A stretch of DNA of 64,000 nt from Vicinamibacterales bacterium. GTDB lineage: Bacteria > Acidobacteriota > Vicinamibacteria > Vicinamibacterales > 2-12-FULL-66-21. The position numbers and the translations under genes are program-made. Position 1 is the stretch's first letter. Each line of letters starts with the position of its first letter. Where the stretch lies: positions 67,574 through 131,573 of the forward strand of contig DATBJJ010000103.1 in the NCBI GenBank assembly GCA_036556425.1, given 5' to 3'. Below, piece by piece: positions 46,501 to 56,119 of the stretch. Under the pieces are notes generated by a model. It was not told where the DNA came from, did no database searches, and saw only the letters and a list, made by a program, of their open reading frames with translations.

Positions 46501-48252
46501 ACGAATCGCGCCATCGGCTTCGTCATTATCGGAGGTCAATCGCTCGTGCTTCTTCTCACTCTCGTTGCCACTCCGGTCGCCTATTCCTTGTTCGACGATC
46601 TCTCGAAGATCAGGCTCTGGCGCTGGAAGCGCGCGGCCGCTCCGGCGACCGCGACGCTTCTCGCGCTCGCGCTGTGGTCCTCGTCTGCTTCCGCGCAGAC
46701 GCAAACGACCACGACGACGTCGACGGCTCCCGCGCAGGCTGGACAAATCCAACCTGCCGCCGGGCAGACCGTCTTGAAGCTCACGCGCGACGAGGCGATT
46801 CGCCTCGCGCTCGACAACAACCCTGACCTCGCGGTCAGCCGATTCGACCCGTCGATCGGTGACGCGCAGGTCGCCGCCGCGCGCGGCGCGTTCATGCCTT
46901 CGGTCCAGACAGGATTCCAACGGAACAGCCAGGCGGCGCCGGCAACGAACCTGTTCGCCGGCGACGAAGGCATCAAGACGAACCTGTGGACGTCGAACGT
47001 GCAGCTCAATCAGCTTCTGCCGTGGGGCGGCGGATCGTACTCGGCCAGCCTCGAGGCCTCGCGCAACGCGACCAACAGCCTGTTGACCAGCCTGAACCCT
47101 GAGCTGGGCGCAGGCCTCTCGTTCGCGGTCTCGCAGCCGCTGCTCCGCGACTTCCGGATCGACACCGCGCGGGCGCAGGTCGACGTGAGCCGCCGCAACC
47201 GCGAGCTCGCCGGAAGCCGGTTCCGCGAGACGACGGTGAACACGGGCGCCGACGCGGAGCGCGCGTACTGGGCGCTCGTCGCGGCGCTCGCGCTCGTGGA
47301 CGTCCAGCAGCGATCGCTCGACCTCGCGCTCGAGCTCGAGCGCAACAATCGCGCGCGCGTCGACGTGGGCCAATCGCCGCCGCTCGATCTCGTCGCGGCG
47401 CGCGCGGAGGTCGCGCAGCGTCAAGAGAATCTGATCATCGCGCGCACGGCGGCGCTCCAGACGGAAGACACGCTGCGAACGATCGTCGTCGATCCGAAGC
47501 GCGACGACTACTGGTCCATTCGGCTCGAACCCGCGGATCGCGTACCGGTCGTCGCGACCAAGCCGGACGTCGACGCCGCGGTTCGGCGGGCGCTCGGCGA
47601 ACGGACGGACGTGTCCCGCGCGAAGACCGAGATCCAGATCAACGACACGTCGGTCTCGCTCTCGAAGAGCCAGACACTACCCGACCTGCGCGTGCAAGCG
47701 AGCTATTTGAGCGACGGGGCCGGCGGCACGCGCATCCTTCGCGAGGGCTTTCTCGGGCCGGTCATCGGCACCGAGCGCACGAGCTTCGGCAGCACGCTCG
47801 GCCAAGTGTTCAGCGGGGACTTTCCCAATTGGACCGTCGGCGTGACGCTCAGCTATCCGCTCGGCAACAGCACGGCCGAGGCCAACCTCGCGCGCGCGAA
47901 GCTCGAGCGCGATCAATCCGCCGCGCGCCTGCGCGCGACGGAGCTGAACGTCGTCCGCGAAGTTCGTCAGGCGGCGCTTCGCCTGGATCAGAACCGCCAG
48001 CGCATCGAGACGACGAAGCTCGCGCGCGAGCTGGCCGAGCAGCGGCTCGACGCCGAACAGAAGCGATTCGAAGTCGGCATGTCGACGAGCTTTCTCGTGA
48101 TTCAGGCGCAGCGCGATCTGGCGATCGCACGGAACAGCGAGCTGCAGGCGCTGCTCGACTATCAGCTTGCCGTCATCGCGTTCGAGCAGGTGCAGCAGAC
48201 CAGCTCGTCGCCGGTCGTCACGATTCTCAGGGCAGCCGGCCAGGGCCAGTAA
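43537..48252 (+). CDS. RND (AcrB-like) permease continuous in frame with a TolC-like outer-membrane factor (1571-aa ORF). The junction carries a signal-peptide-like segment.
   Basis: The AcrB-type N-terminus [20 protein letters not shown] runs through 12 TM segments to ...[13 protein letters not shown] (about codon 1020). It is followed without a stop by [31 protein letters not shown]|QTQ. A TolC-family repeat pattern follows ([17 protein letters not shown]...). TTG 46588 is the only in-frame near-cognate start at the junction. Confidence 0.75.
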   Translation: MQWLASISVRRPVFATVITLSLTVVGAFAFTRLGLDRFPKVDFPTVVVTTRFPGAAPEEVETEVTDKIEEAVNTISGIDELRSNSSEGVSQVIIAFLLEKDGDVAAQEVRDRVNRVLPLLPRTIEQPTVEKFDPDSAPVMTLAVSAPAPIRDITEYADKKLRRQLESVSGVGQVVVVGGRARQINFLLDADRLRAYNLTVTDVSRAIQMQNAEIPGGRVEQGATAMTLRTRGRVGAVEQFGDIVVRQREGHPVLLRDVATIEDGMAEAETTANLNGEPGVMLTVRRQSGTNTVQVVDAVKERLAEVSPLAPAGYQIRVVRDLSEFIKASIASVEEHLVLGSILAAAVVLVFLWNWRSTFIAAVAIPTSIIATFGLIWYQGFTLNSMTMLALTLAVGIVIDDAIVVLENIYRFVEEKGRPPMQAAIEATREIGLAVLATTLSLVAIFVPVGFMGGIVGRFMTSFGFTMSFAILVSLLVSFTLTPMLASRWIKMHPRREDAEGHAIEEKTSRDKGFFGALDRRYTSILGWSLAHRGIVAGIAVLVLLSSVPLFMIANKNFLPSDDQSEFEVGLRAPEGTSLEATEIIANRIASRIQQVTGVSYTLVTVADDPARTQNVGTIYVRLTPVHERDLDQFAIMNAVRAEVLPNVGVPNLRTGVRPVATIGGGGNQNAEIQFTISGPDLKKLEQYASAVIAEAKKEHGVVDVDTSLNVGKPELSVHLDRLKAADLGVQISDAAEALRLLVGGDEITTYNEGGEQYEVHVRAVEGNRQTAEAIGQLTVPSSTVGSVPLVNIAELTRGTAPSEINRLNRQRQVTVYAGLLQGVSQVPAMDAMTRAASGLGMGPGYSTRFAGRSRELGRAAQNFLIAFGLSLVFMYLILAAQFESWLHPITILLSLPLTLPFALLSIIIAGQSLNIFSALGLLVLFGVVKKNSILQIDHANQLRERGMERDRAVLQASRDRLRPILMTTLAFVAGMIPLVLSSGVGSATNRAIGFVIIGGQSLVLLLTLVATPVAYSLFDDLSKIRLWRWKRAAAPATATLLALALWSSSASAQTQTTTTTSTAPAQAGQIQPAAGQTVLKLTRDEAIRLALDNNPDLAVSRFDPSIGDAQVAAARGAFMPSVQTGFQRNSQAAPATNLFAGDEGIKTNLWTSNVQLNQLLPWGGGSYSASLEASRNATNSLLTSLNPELGAGLSFAVSQPLLRDFRIDTARAQVDVSRRNRELAGSRFRETTVNTGADAERAYWALVAALALVDVQQRSLDLALELERNNRARVDVGQSPPLDLVAARAEVAQRQENLIIARTAALQTEDTLRTIVVDPKRDDYWSIRLEPADRVPVVATKPDVDAAVRRALGERTDVSRAKTEIQINDTSVSLSKSQTLPDLRVQASYLSDGAGGTRILREGFLGPVIGTERTSFGSTLGQVFSGDFPNWTVGVTLSYPLGNSTAEANLARAKLERDQSAARLRATELNVVREVRQAALRLDQNRQRIETTKLARELAEQRLDAEQKRFEVGMSTSFLVIQAQRDLAIARNSELQALLDYQLAVIAFEQVQQTSSSPVVTILRAAGQGQ

Positions 48253-49333
48253 GCATCAGCGCGGGATCTTCTCGATCGTCGAGCACGAGATCGGCCACGA
48301 CGGCGGCGGTGAGCGGCGCAAGCAGCACGCCGTTGCGGAAGTGGCCGGTCGCGTACACGAGCCCGTTGATCTGCGGCGATCGGCCGATGAGCGGCAGCCC
48401 GTCGCTCGTGGCGGGGCGCAGTCCCGCTCGCGCCTCGAGGAACGTCGCGCCCCACGCCTCCGGAAGGAGATCGCAGGCGGCGTCCAGCAGATCGCGCACG
48501 CCGGCGGCGGTCGTGCGCTCGTCGTATCCAACGTCTTCGACCGTCGCGCCAACGAGCACGGTGCCGTCCTTCCACGGCACGACGTAGCAATCCTTTCCCC
48601 AGATCACATGTGAGATCGGGCTGCCGATCCACGCCAGTCTAATCGTCTGCCCGCGAACCGGGCGCACGCTGCGCGCGGCCGGCTCGGCGCGTTCGAGCTG
48701 CGACGTCCAGCTCCCGGCCGCCACGATCACCGTTGGCGCGGTCCACGACGCGCCGTCGTCCGCAACGACGCGCAGACGATCGCCGTCGGCGTCGATCGCG
48801 CGGATGTGGCGTCCGGTCTCGAGCTCCGCGCCGTGGCGGAGCGCCGCCCACACGAGCGCTTCGGTCAGCGCCGGCACAGCGACGTATCCATGCATGGGGG
48901 ATCGCAGCGCGCCCTCGATGGCGGGCGGGAGCGCCGGCTCGAGCCGACGCGCGCGCTCGGGGGTGAGCCACTCGAGCCCCGCGCCGGCGTTCGCGTCTGC
49001 CGAGGCGCGGAGGTGGTGCGCGTGCGTCGGATCGACGGCAATCTCGAGCGAGCCGCAGCGGCGGTAGTCGACGTCCGCGCCGGAGTCGTCCACGACTGCG
49101 CGAATGAAGGCGTCGTACAGCGTCAGGCTTCGCAGCGCGAGATCGAAAAACGGTCCGCGCTCGTGGCCTTCGATGTACGGCGCGAGGATGCCTGCCGAGG
49201 CGTGCGTCGCGCCGGCGCCGATCGAGCGCGCCTCGAACAACCTCACGCGTCCGCCGCGCCGCGCAATCTCATGCGCGACGGCGCACCCGATGATCCCTCC
49301 GCCGACGACGATGACGTCTGCGCCCGCGCGCAT
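48227..49333 (-). CDS. FAD-dependent oxidoreductase of the DAO family, glycine-oxidase (ThiO)-like
   Basis: [30 protein letters not shown]...[12 protein letters not shown]. The 3' end overlaps the convergent RND-OMF ORF by 26 nt. Confidence 0.7.
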   Translation of the reverse strand: MRAGADVIVVGGGIIGCAVAHEIARRGGRVRLFEARSIGAGATHASAGILAPYIEGHERGPFFDLALRSLTLYDAFIRAVVDDSGADVDYRRCGSLEIAVDPTHAHHLRASADANAGAGLEWLTPERARRLEPALPPAIEGALRSPMHGYVAVPALTEALVWAALRHGAELETGRHIRAIDADGDRLRVVADDGASWTAPTVIVAAGSWTSQLERAEPAARSVRPVRGQTIRLAWIGSPISHVIWGKDCYVVPWKDGTVLVGATVEDVGYDERTTAAGVRDLLDAACDLLPEAWGATFLEARAGLRPATSDGLPLIGRSPQINGLVYATGHFRNGVLLAPLTAAVVADLVLDDREDPALMLTGPGRLP

Positions 49334-49344
49334 CAGTCCATATT

Positions 49345-49406
49345 AGGGCGGGGACACCCAATCGGGACAGCCAATCGGGACACCCAACGTTGGGTGTCCC
49401 CGCCCT
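49345..49406. repeat. REP-like structure upstream of RAYT: 17-bp perfect inverted repeat enclosing three 13-nt tandem units
   Basis: AGGGCGGGGACACCCAA (49345-61) pairs with TTGGGTGTCCCCGCCCT (49390-406). The tandem units are GGGACACCCAATC / GGGACAGCCAATC / GGGACACCCAACG at 49351-49389. Confidence 0.8.
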
Positions 49407-49451
49407 TGGCGAGCTACTTGCGTCGTCAGTGCCATCCCGAGGATCCAAAAC

Positions 49452-50069
49452 ATGTCACGAAGCGCACGTCGGTTCATTGACGGTTTGCCGTATCACGTTC
49501 TGAATCGAGGGAATCGCCGACAACGGATTTTCTCGCAACACTCTGACTACGAAATGTTTTTGACCACGCTGGCGGATGCGCTTGCGAAAGTGCCACTGCG
49601 GATTCTGGCATTCGCGCTCATGCCGAATCACTTCCATTTGGTGTTGTGGCCGACAAAAGGGATTGAGATTTCTGCATTCATGGGGTGGTTCATGAACGCG
49701 CATATTCGGCGACACCACCGCTTCAGCGAGCTCTGGGGAACGGGCCATCTTTATCAAGGCCGCTACAAAGCGTTTCCTGTTCAGGACGACGGACACTTGC
49801 TCACCGTACTTCGGTACGTCGAAGCCAACGCGTTCCGAGCGCGCCTCGTTCACCGCGCCGAAGACTGGCATTGGAGCAGCTTGTCGCGCCGAACATCGCT
49901 CGACGGTCGAACGCTGGTCGCCGCGTCGCCGATAGGACGACCAGACGATTGGTTGGAAATTGTCAACGATCAACTGCCGAGCGGGATATCTGACGCGTTG
50001 CGCGCATCAGCGCAACGACAAGTTCCTTTCGGGGATCCAGAGTGGACTCGCCGCATCAAGCAACTGTAG
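49452..50069 (+). CDS. REP-associated tyrosine transposase (RAYT; IS200/IS605-like Y1 HUH transposase)
   Basis: YHVLNRGNRRQRIF, HUH motif PNHFHLVLWP, GHLYQGRYKAFPV, and the catalytic-Tyr region LRYVEANAFRARLV. Confidence 0.85.
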   Translation: MSRSARRFIDGLPYHVLNRGNRRQRIFSQHSDYEMFLTTLADALAKVPLRILAFALMPNHFHLVLWPTKGIEISAFMGWFMNAHIRRHHRFSELWGTGHLYQGRYKAFPVQDDGHLLTVLRYVEANAFRARLVHRAEDWHWSSLSRRTSLDGRTLVAASPIGRPDDWLEIVNDQLPSGISDALRASAQRQVPFGDPEWTRRIKQL

Positions 50070-50087
50070 GGCGGGGACGCCCGCCCT
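50068..50087. repeat. REP-like hairpin AGGGCGGG-GACG-CCCGCCCT downstream of RAYT; it shares AGGGCGGGGAC with the upstream repeat
   Basis: 8-bp stem with a 4-nt loop. It overlaps the RAYT stop TAG 50067-69 and sits between convergent stops, so it could double as a terminator. Confidence 0.7.
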
Positions 50088-50089
50088 TC

Positions 50090-53080
50090 CTACTGCTGCG
50101 CGGTGTTCGTCCGGCGCGACGAGGCGCGGCCGGCGTCGAGGTCGTTCCAATTTAGAATCGCGTTGAAGCCCAGGAAGAACGTGCCCTGCGTCTGCCAGCG
50201 CCAATACGGGCGGATGGCGAACATGACGACATGACCCTGACCGACGGGCGCGTCGACGACTTGCGCGCGATTCGCCAACGACTGGCCGCCGACGAGGACG
50301 CCCGACAGCAGCATGTCGTCGGCGTTCGACGGGAACGACAACACCACGCGCGGCTGCGCGTCACCGCTGCCGCCGCCGAAGCCGCCTCGACCCCCGCCGC
50401 CACGCCCGCCGCGGCCGCCGACCGCGGCTTGATCGTCGCCCGCCGCCTGACCGCGTCCGCCGCGTCCAGAGGGTGTTGACGCCGTTGGGTTGTCCGGATC
50501 CCACGTCGACAGCCGCTGCTGACTCGCGGTCGCCATCGGCGTCGTGTTCATGCCGACGCCGGGCAGCGCATCGCCGCGGCCGCCGCCGAACCCGCCGAAC
50601 CCGCCGCCGCCGCCGGCGTTCAGCACCGGATCCTGACTGAAATAGACAGGCACCTGCGCGTCGTAGCCGTACGCGATCGGGCTTCGGCGATCGGTGAACA
50701 CGCCGCGCAGAATCGATCCGCGCACGAAGAGGCCGTCTGGATTCTCGACGGTGACGCCTGACGTGACGTTGTACTCAGGAAAGATCGTCGACGTCGCGCC
50801 CTCGGTGATGAGCGTGCCGCCCTCGCGCACGAACTTGACGAGCTCCATCAGCCCGTCCCAGCCCATGCCGCCGCGAATGTCGTCAGCTTGATCCTGCGCG
50901 CCGAGGTTCGGCGTCTCCGCCGTCTTCTTGTACGGCAGCGGCATCGTCCCTGTCTTGGGAATGCCGTTGACCTGCGACTGCGCCGACCCCCCGACGTGCG
51001 GGAAGACGATCACGTCGTACTTCTGCCGGAGATTTCCCTCGCGCAGCTTGATGTCGCCGAAGTACGCATACGGCACGCCGTAGGTATCGAGCGCCGCGCG
51101 CACCCATCCTTCGTTCTGCGTGTTCGCCCACGAGTGCACGTAGCCGATCCGCGGCACGTCGAGATCGTGCATCGCCACGGACGGCGCGGCCGCGGCGGCG
51201 AATCCCGCGATGCCGAGCTCTTTCATCGTCGGCTCGATCTTCGCGCGATCGGCGCCCGCGATGACGAACGCGCCGGCGCGGAACTTCCGCCCGCCCGCTT
51301 CGAAGTCCTCCTCGGCCGCCTGCATGCGCACGTCGGCGTGCTTGAAGCGGAATTGCATCAGGACGTTGTCCGTCGTGTGATCGACGATGACGACCGCGCC
51401 AGTGCCCTCGATGCCGCCCGGCGCCTTCGCGTCCGCGGTCAGCAGCGTCGCAGCGCCCGAGAGGAGCGCTTTGTCGGTGACCGGCTTGACCACGACGTTG
51501 CGCATGTAGGGGAACGTCCAGCCGGTATCGTCGTACGGCCGGGGATTCGCCGGCGCATAGTTCTGAATCGAGAAGTACATGTCGGCAAGCGTTCGATAAG
51601 GCTGATCGCCGCGAACGACGTAATCGCCCGCCTCGACGCTGATGGTGCCGGCCTTGAACGCCGACGTCGCGCGATGGACCTCGAGACCCTGACGGCGCAG
51701 CTCGTTGACGGCGTCAGCCGCGTCCGCCTTGCGCCGCTGGCCGGCCGGAATCACCCACCCATACGTCGGACCGGTCTTCCCTTTTTCCACCGCGCGCTTG
51801 TTCTTGATCCAGTAGTTCTCGAGATACGTGTCCCGGTTCTTCGCGACGTGGTTGAGCGCGATGAGCAGCGCCGACTGCTGGATGTTCGTGTTGTTGCGCG
51901 GACCCCACTTGATCGTCGGGAGCGGCGGGTTCGGGCGGAACCACTCGCGGCTCGTCACGCCGCCGCCGCCCTGCTCGCGCAGATCCGGCCCGTAGCTCGC
52001 GACCTCGTAGAACCGGCCGATCGCATTGTGCGAGTGCGCGATGAAGAACATGTAGTTCGGCACCCAGCCGTCGTAGAACCCGTAGGTCCAGACGCCCGGC
52101 ACGCCGCGCTTGGTCATCTCCATCACTTCAGTTTTCGCGAGCAGCCACCATTCGTCGATCGTGATCGGATCGATCTGCTCGTTGTACGGACCGGTGCCGG
52201 TCGACGCGTAGAGATACGTCTGGGCCTCGTGCAGATCGTGGAGGATCGTCGGCTTCCACTCGAGGAACGTCTTCGTCGTGTTGCGCGTGAGCTTGAGGAA
52301 CTGGCCCATGCCGTCGCGGTTGTTGTCGTGCGCGACGTACTTGCCCCAATACATCAGCGGCAGGCGCGTCTCGGTCTGCGGACGCTTCTTGTTGAAGTAG
52401 TACGTGTCGACGTGCTTCTCGCGGCCGTCCACCTCGATTACCGGCGTGATGAGCGTGATGACGTTGTTGCGGATGGCTTGAATGAACGGCGTCTCCTCGA
52501 CCGCGAGCCGATACGGCAGCTCGATCAGCATTTCGGGTCCGCCGGTCTCTCCCGAGTGCATGCCGCTCGTGACCCAGTAGATCGGCTTCGCCGTGCGGAT
52601 GATCTGCTGCGCCTGCTCGTCGGTCGTCTTCCGCGGATCCGTCAGCGACGCGAGCATCCCCTTGTATTTCTCGATCTGCTTGATCGTGGCTTCGTCGGCA
52701 ACCGCGAGGAGCACCATGTCGCGCCCCTCTTCGGTCTGCCCGATCTTCCACATCGCGATGCGATCGGATGCCTTGTCGATCGCCTCGTAATACCGGTAGA
52801 TGTCTTTCGCGTATGTCAGCTCGCCAGGGGTTCCCGGCATTCTTCCGAAGAACTTCAACGGCGTCGGGATCGTGTCCGACGCGGGCAGGTGATCGACCAG
52901 TTCCGTGCTGATTCGCGGATCCTGCGTGTACTCCTTGATCTTCGCAGTGTATTCCTCGTCCAGTTTCTGCTTCGCCGGCTGACGCGACTGCGCGATGAAC
53001 GAGCCCGGCATCGACACGGCCAGCAGCACCACGGCGAATGCGAAGCGCACGAGCGGACTACCGAGCAGGGCGCGATTCAT
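50090..53080 (-). CDS. Large secreted M14-like zinc peptidase with Gly/Arg-rich low-complexity inserts near the C-terminus
   Basis: Signal MNRALLGSPLVRFAFAVVLLAVSMPGSFIA, SGMHSGETGGPE (HxxE), HDNNRDG and LHDLHEA. RBS GGAGGAGG is 6 nt upstream of ATG 53080. Confidence 0.78.
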   Translation of the reverse strand: MNRALLGSPLVRFAFAVVLLAVSMPGSFIAQSRQPAKQKLDEEYTAKIKEYTQDPRISTELVDHLPASDTIPTPLKFFGRMPGTPGELTYAKDIYRYYEAIDKASDRIAMWKIGQTEEGRDMVLLAVADEATIKQIEKYKGMLASLTDPRKTTDEQAQQIIRTAKPIYWVTSGMHSGETGGPEMLIELPYRLAVEETPFIQAIRNNVITLITPVIEVDGREKHVDTYYFNKKRPQTETRLPLMYWGKYVAHDNNRDGMGQFLKLTRNTTKTFLEWKPTILHDLHEAQTYLYASTGTGPYNEQIDPITIDEWWLLAKTEVMEMTKRGVPGVWTYGFYDGWVPNYMFFIAHSHNAIGRFYEVASYGPDLREQGGGGVTSREWFRPNPPLPTIKWGPRNNTNIQQSALLIALNHVAKNRDTYLENYWIKNKRAVEKGKTGPTYGWVIPAGQRRKADAADAVNELRRQGLEVHRATSAFKAGTISVEAGDYVVRGDQPYRTLADMYFSIQNYAPANPRPYDDTGWTFPYMRNVVVKPVTDKALLSGAATLLTADAKAPGGIEGTGAVVIVDHTTDNVLMQFRFKHADVRMQAAEEDFEAGGRKFRAGAFVIAGADRAKIEPTMKELGIAGFAAAAAPSVAMHDLDVPRIGYVHSWANTQNEGWVRAALDTYGVPYAYFGDIKLREGNLRQKYDVIVFPHVGGSAQSQVNGIPKTGTMPLPYKKTAETPNLGAQDQADDIRGGMGWDGLMELVKFVREGGTLITEGATSTIFPEYNVTSGVTVENPDGLFVRGSILRGVFTDRRSPIAYGYDAQVPVYFSQDPVLNAGGGGGFGGFGGGRGDALPGVGMNTTPMATASQQRLSTWDPDNPTASTPSGRGGRGQAAGDDQAAVGGRGGRGGGGRGGFGGGSGDAQPRVVLSFPSNADDMLLSGVLVGGQSLANRAQVVDAPVGQGHVVMFAIRPYWRWQTQGTFFLGFNAILNWNDLDAGRASSRRTNTAQQ

Positions 53081-53195
53081 GGACGTCCTCCTCCAAGACA
53101 CTTCGAGAAATGCCACGTCACGAAATGCCGGGTTATAGCACATCCAAGGCGGCGGACGGTAGCGGGATGGCAGCCGCCTTGCTCGACGAAGCCGT

Positions 53196-54137
53196 ATGCT
53201 CTGGCGCTTCGCGCTCCCGATCGGCCCGAGGGAGCTGATCAATCGCAGCGCAAAAGAAGTCGTCGAAGACGACGTGCTGAGCCTTGCCGCCCAGCAGGCG
53301 TATTACTTCTTCTTCGCGCTGTTTCCCGCGCTGCTCACGCTCGTCTCATTGGCGAGCTTCTTCCCGGTTCAACACCTGACGGATGAGATCGTCTCGACGG
53401 TCGGCCGCTTCGCGCCGCCGGAGGTGATCACGATCGTCAACGAGCAGATCCTGAAGATAGCGAACGGGGAAAACGGCGGCCTGTTCACGTTCGCGTTTCT
53501 CGTCACGCTGTGGAGCAGCTCCGGCGCGATGTCGTCGATCATCACCACGCTGAACGCGGCGTATGACATCAGCGAGGGGCGCAGCTGGTACAAGGTCCGC
53601 GGACTCGCGATCATCCTCACGATCGGACTCGCGTTCTTCATCATCATCTCGGTCACGCTCGTTGTCGTCGGACCGGCGCTCGCAGAGCGACTGGCGAACA
53701 TGCTCCATCTCGGACCCGTGTTCGAGTGGACGTGGAAGATCCTGCAGTGGCCCGTCGTCTTCGGGCTCACGTCGATGGCGATCGCGATCGTCTACTACTA
53801 CGGTCCGGATGCGGAACAGGACTGGGTGTGGCTGACGCCTGGAGCCGTGCTGGCAACGACGCTCTGGGTGACGGCGTCGCTCGCGCTCAAGTACTACCTC
53901 GTCTGGGTCGGCAGCTTCAACGAAACGTACGGCACGATCGGCGGGGTCATGGTCCTGCTGCTCTGGTTCTATGTCACAGCGGTCGCGATTCTCATCGGCG
54001 CGGAGCTGAACGCGGAGATCGAGCACGCGTCGCCGTACGGCAAAGCGCCGGGAGAAAAAGTGCCGGGACAGAAGAAGAAGCTTGGCGCCGCGGCGGAGCG
54101 CTACTACAACGAGTGCAAGGCGAAGGGATTGATTTAG
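53196..54137 (+). CDS. YihY/BrkB (virulence factor BrkB / former RNase BN) family membrane protein
   Basis: LSLAAQQAYYFFFALFPALLTL, six hydrophobic helices, and YGTIGGVMVLLLWFY. Confidence 0.82.
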   Translation: MLWRFALPIGPRELINRSAKEVVEDDVLSLAAQQAYYFFFALFPALLTLVSLASFFPVQHLTDEIVSTVGRFAPPEVITIVNEQILKIANGENGGLFTFAFLVTLWSSSGAMSSIITTLNAAYDISEGRSWYKVRGLAIILTIGLAFFIIISVTLVVVGPALAERLANMLHLGPVFEWTWKILQWPVVFGLTSMAIAIVYYYGPDAEQDWVWLTPGAVLATTLWVTASLALKYYLVWVGSFNETYGTIGGVMVLLLWFYVTAVAILIGAELNAEIEHASPYGKAPGEKVPGQKKKLGAAAERYYNECKAKGLI

Positions 54138-54673
54138 TTGCGCCGGCCCGAGGACTTCCCCGCCGTTTCCTGCGGTTGATCCCGAGGCGTCCACGCATCC
54201 GGTCTCAACTTCCCTCCCCATCCCCAATACACCGGCGGCGCGGGCTTCGGCCGCTCGACATCACGACGATCGCGCGTGTGCCGCGCGACGGGGACGGCGA
54301 TATACACGGGGACCGGAACGGCAACCTCACGAACGATCGGACGCTCTTTCTCGACGACGACGACCTGTGGTTCGGGAGGCGCCGGTGCGACGGCGTCGAC
54401 AGGAATCTGCTCCGCTTGCAGCGGCGGCGTGCGTCCGCTCTTGACCATCGCGACGATCACGCGCTCGCTCACGCCGGACTCCTTCAACATCCGGAGCGTC
54501 GCCGGATCGATCGGATACACGCGCGGATCGATCTCGATCAGCGCGAGCAGTATCTCTTCGCTGAGGCCTGCTTTCGTGAGCTCGACGATTTCTCGCAGCG
54601 TCACGGCCGACGCCGCCGATGGCACGAACGAGAGCGCGATGGCGAAGGTCGGGATCAGGAGCAGGCGTCGCAT
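54134..54673 (-). CDS. Secreted hypothetical protein with two short AGLSEE/SGVSER helix repeats and a Pro-rich tail
   Basis: Signal MRRLLLIPTFAIALSFVPSAASA. TKAGLSEEILLALIE and KESGVSERVIVAMVKSG are repeats. Confidence 0.6.
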   Translation of the reverse strand: MRRLLLIPTFAIALSFVPSAASAVTLREIVELTKAGLSEEILLALIEIDPRVYPIDPATLRMLKESGVSERVIVAMVKSGRTPPLQAEQIPVDAVAPAPPEPQVVVVEKERPIVREVAVPVPVYIAVPVARHTRDRRDVERPKPAPPVYWGWGGKLRPDAWTPRDQPQETAGKSSGRRN

Positions 54674-54918
54674 GTCGGTACCTCCGGCCGTAACCCTGTG
54701 TATCGTAGCAACGCCGGTGCCGCGGCGAAACGGGGGATTGCCAAGGATTCGATAGGGCCCGCGGCGGAGGGTCCTGCCCCGAGGACAGGACTGTCTCAAC
54801 GGGCGTGCACTTGGCGCCTCGAAACCCTGAAGAAGTGCCAGAATACAGGGGAAATACGGCGGGTGGCCGAGGCACGTCTCTTGCTCGGAACGAGTCTACT
54901 CAGGGAGCAATTCGAGCC

Positions 54919-55956
54919 ATGATTTCCAAACCTGTCGTGCTGGGACTACTGGCAGCCGCGTGCGTAACGGCGGCCGCCGGGGGCGCGTACGTCGCCGTTC
55001 GCCAGAACGACTCCGACCTCAAATTCCCAGTCGCAACGAGCCAGCCCGCGCCACCGCCGGCGTCTCCGGCCGTCGCCGAGACCGAGGCGATTGTTTCGAA
55101 GCCCGCGGCGGTGAGTCCGCAGCTTGCGCCGGCGGCGAGCGCGCCGCGCGAGAAGAAGTCCGAGCCGGCGCCGTCGATCGAGCCGAGCTCGCGAAAGAGC
55201 TCGACGCCAACATCCTCCGTTGCGCGCGCCTCGCGTCCGGAAATCGATCGGACTCCGGCGCGCACGCCATCGCGATCGCCCGAGCCGGCGGCGGAGGCTG
55301 CACCATCCGCCGAACGTACGGCGCCCGCGCGCGAACCGGTCTCGTCGTCCGCGCCAACCGCGTCGCCCGTACAGTCGATTCCGGAGCCGGTCGTCTCGGA
55401 TCCGCCGTCGCCGCCCGCGCGGCAGTTCGTCGAAGTCGTCGTCCCCGCGTCGTCTGTTCTCGGTCTGAAGGTCGAAACGCCGATCTCGAGCGAGACCGCG
55501 CGAGTCGAGGATCGTGTCGAGGCGCGCCTCACGCGCGATGTGATGGCTGATGGCCGCATCGCCATTCCCGCCGGCGCTCGCGTGATTGGCGACGTGACGG
55601 AAGTCGATCGCGGCGGCAAGATGAAAGGCAAGGCGCGGCTCGGCGTGCGATTCCACACGATCGTGCTCGACGGCACGCAGGTGTCGCTGCGCACCGATCC
55701 GATCTTCCGCGAGGGTCAATCGCCAGGCGCGGAGAGCGCGCGCAAGATCGGCGGCGCGGCGATCGGGGGCGCGGTGCTCGGCGCGATCATGGGCGGCGCG
55801 AAGGGCGCGGCGATCGGCGGAGCCACCGGCGCGGCCGGCGGCAGCGCGGTCGTGATGGCCGGCGATCGAAACGCCGCGATGCTTCCCGCGGGAACGACCA
55901 TCACCGTACGTCTCTCGTCGCCCGTCACCGTCGACGTCGAGAAGGATCCGCACTAA
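54919..55956 (+). CDS. Membrane-anchored hypothetical protein: Pro/Ser/Ala-rich linker, beta-rich domain, Gly-zipper segment
   Basis: MISKPVVLGLLAAACVTAAAGGAYVA anchor, a ~170-aa PSA-rich linker, and GGAAIGGAVLGAIMGGAKGAAIGGATGAAGG. Confidence 0.6.
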   Translation: MISKPVVLGLLAAACVTAAAGGAYVAVRQNDSDLKFPVATSQPAPPPASPAVAETEAIVSKPAAVSPQLAPAASAPREKKSEPAPSIEPSSRKSSTPTSSVARASRPEIDRTPARTPSRSPEPAAEAAPSAERTAPAREPVSSSAPTASPVQSIPEPVVSDPPSPPARQFVEVVVPASSVLGLKVETPISSETARVEDRVEARLTRDVMADGRIAIPAGARVIGDVTEVDRGGKMKGKARLGVRFHTIVLDGTQVSLRTDPIFREGQSPGAESARKIGGAAIGGAVLGAIMGGAKGAAIGGATGAAGGSAVVMAGDRNAAMLPAGTTITVRLSSPVTVDVEKDPH

Positions 55957-56080
55957 AGCACGCGCGTTCGCGCCAGCACATTCCACGACATGCGCACCCG
56001 GCAGTCGAGCTTGCCGGGGCATACCGCTTGCACCTCGATCGGCGACCGGGCTTCGCATGGACGAGCCGGTCGATGTGGAT

Positions 56081-56100
56081 GTGTGTGATTCGTCACACAC
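56081..56100 (+). promoter_or_regulatory. 5'-UTR hairpin GTGTGTGA-TTCG-TCACACAC immediately upstream of the RBS of the OMP gene
   Basis: Perfect 8-bp stem with a UUCG-type tetraloop. RBS GAGGAG at 56109-14 and ATG at 56120. Confidence 0.5.
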
Positions 56101-56119
56101 AGATGAGCGAGGAGATCAC

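Noticed and set aside
53106-53180. Direct repeat GAAATGCC (53106-13 and 53122-29) and inverted repeat AAGGCGGC-N19-GCCGCCTT (53146-80) in the M14 / YihY divergent region, as a regulatory site
   Set aside because: These are short motifs with no associated regulator and no second occurrence seen. They could be operators, but the evidence is too thin to call.
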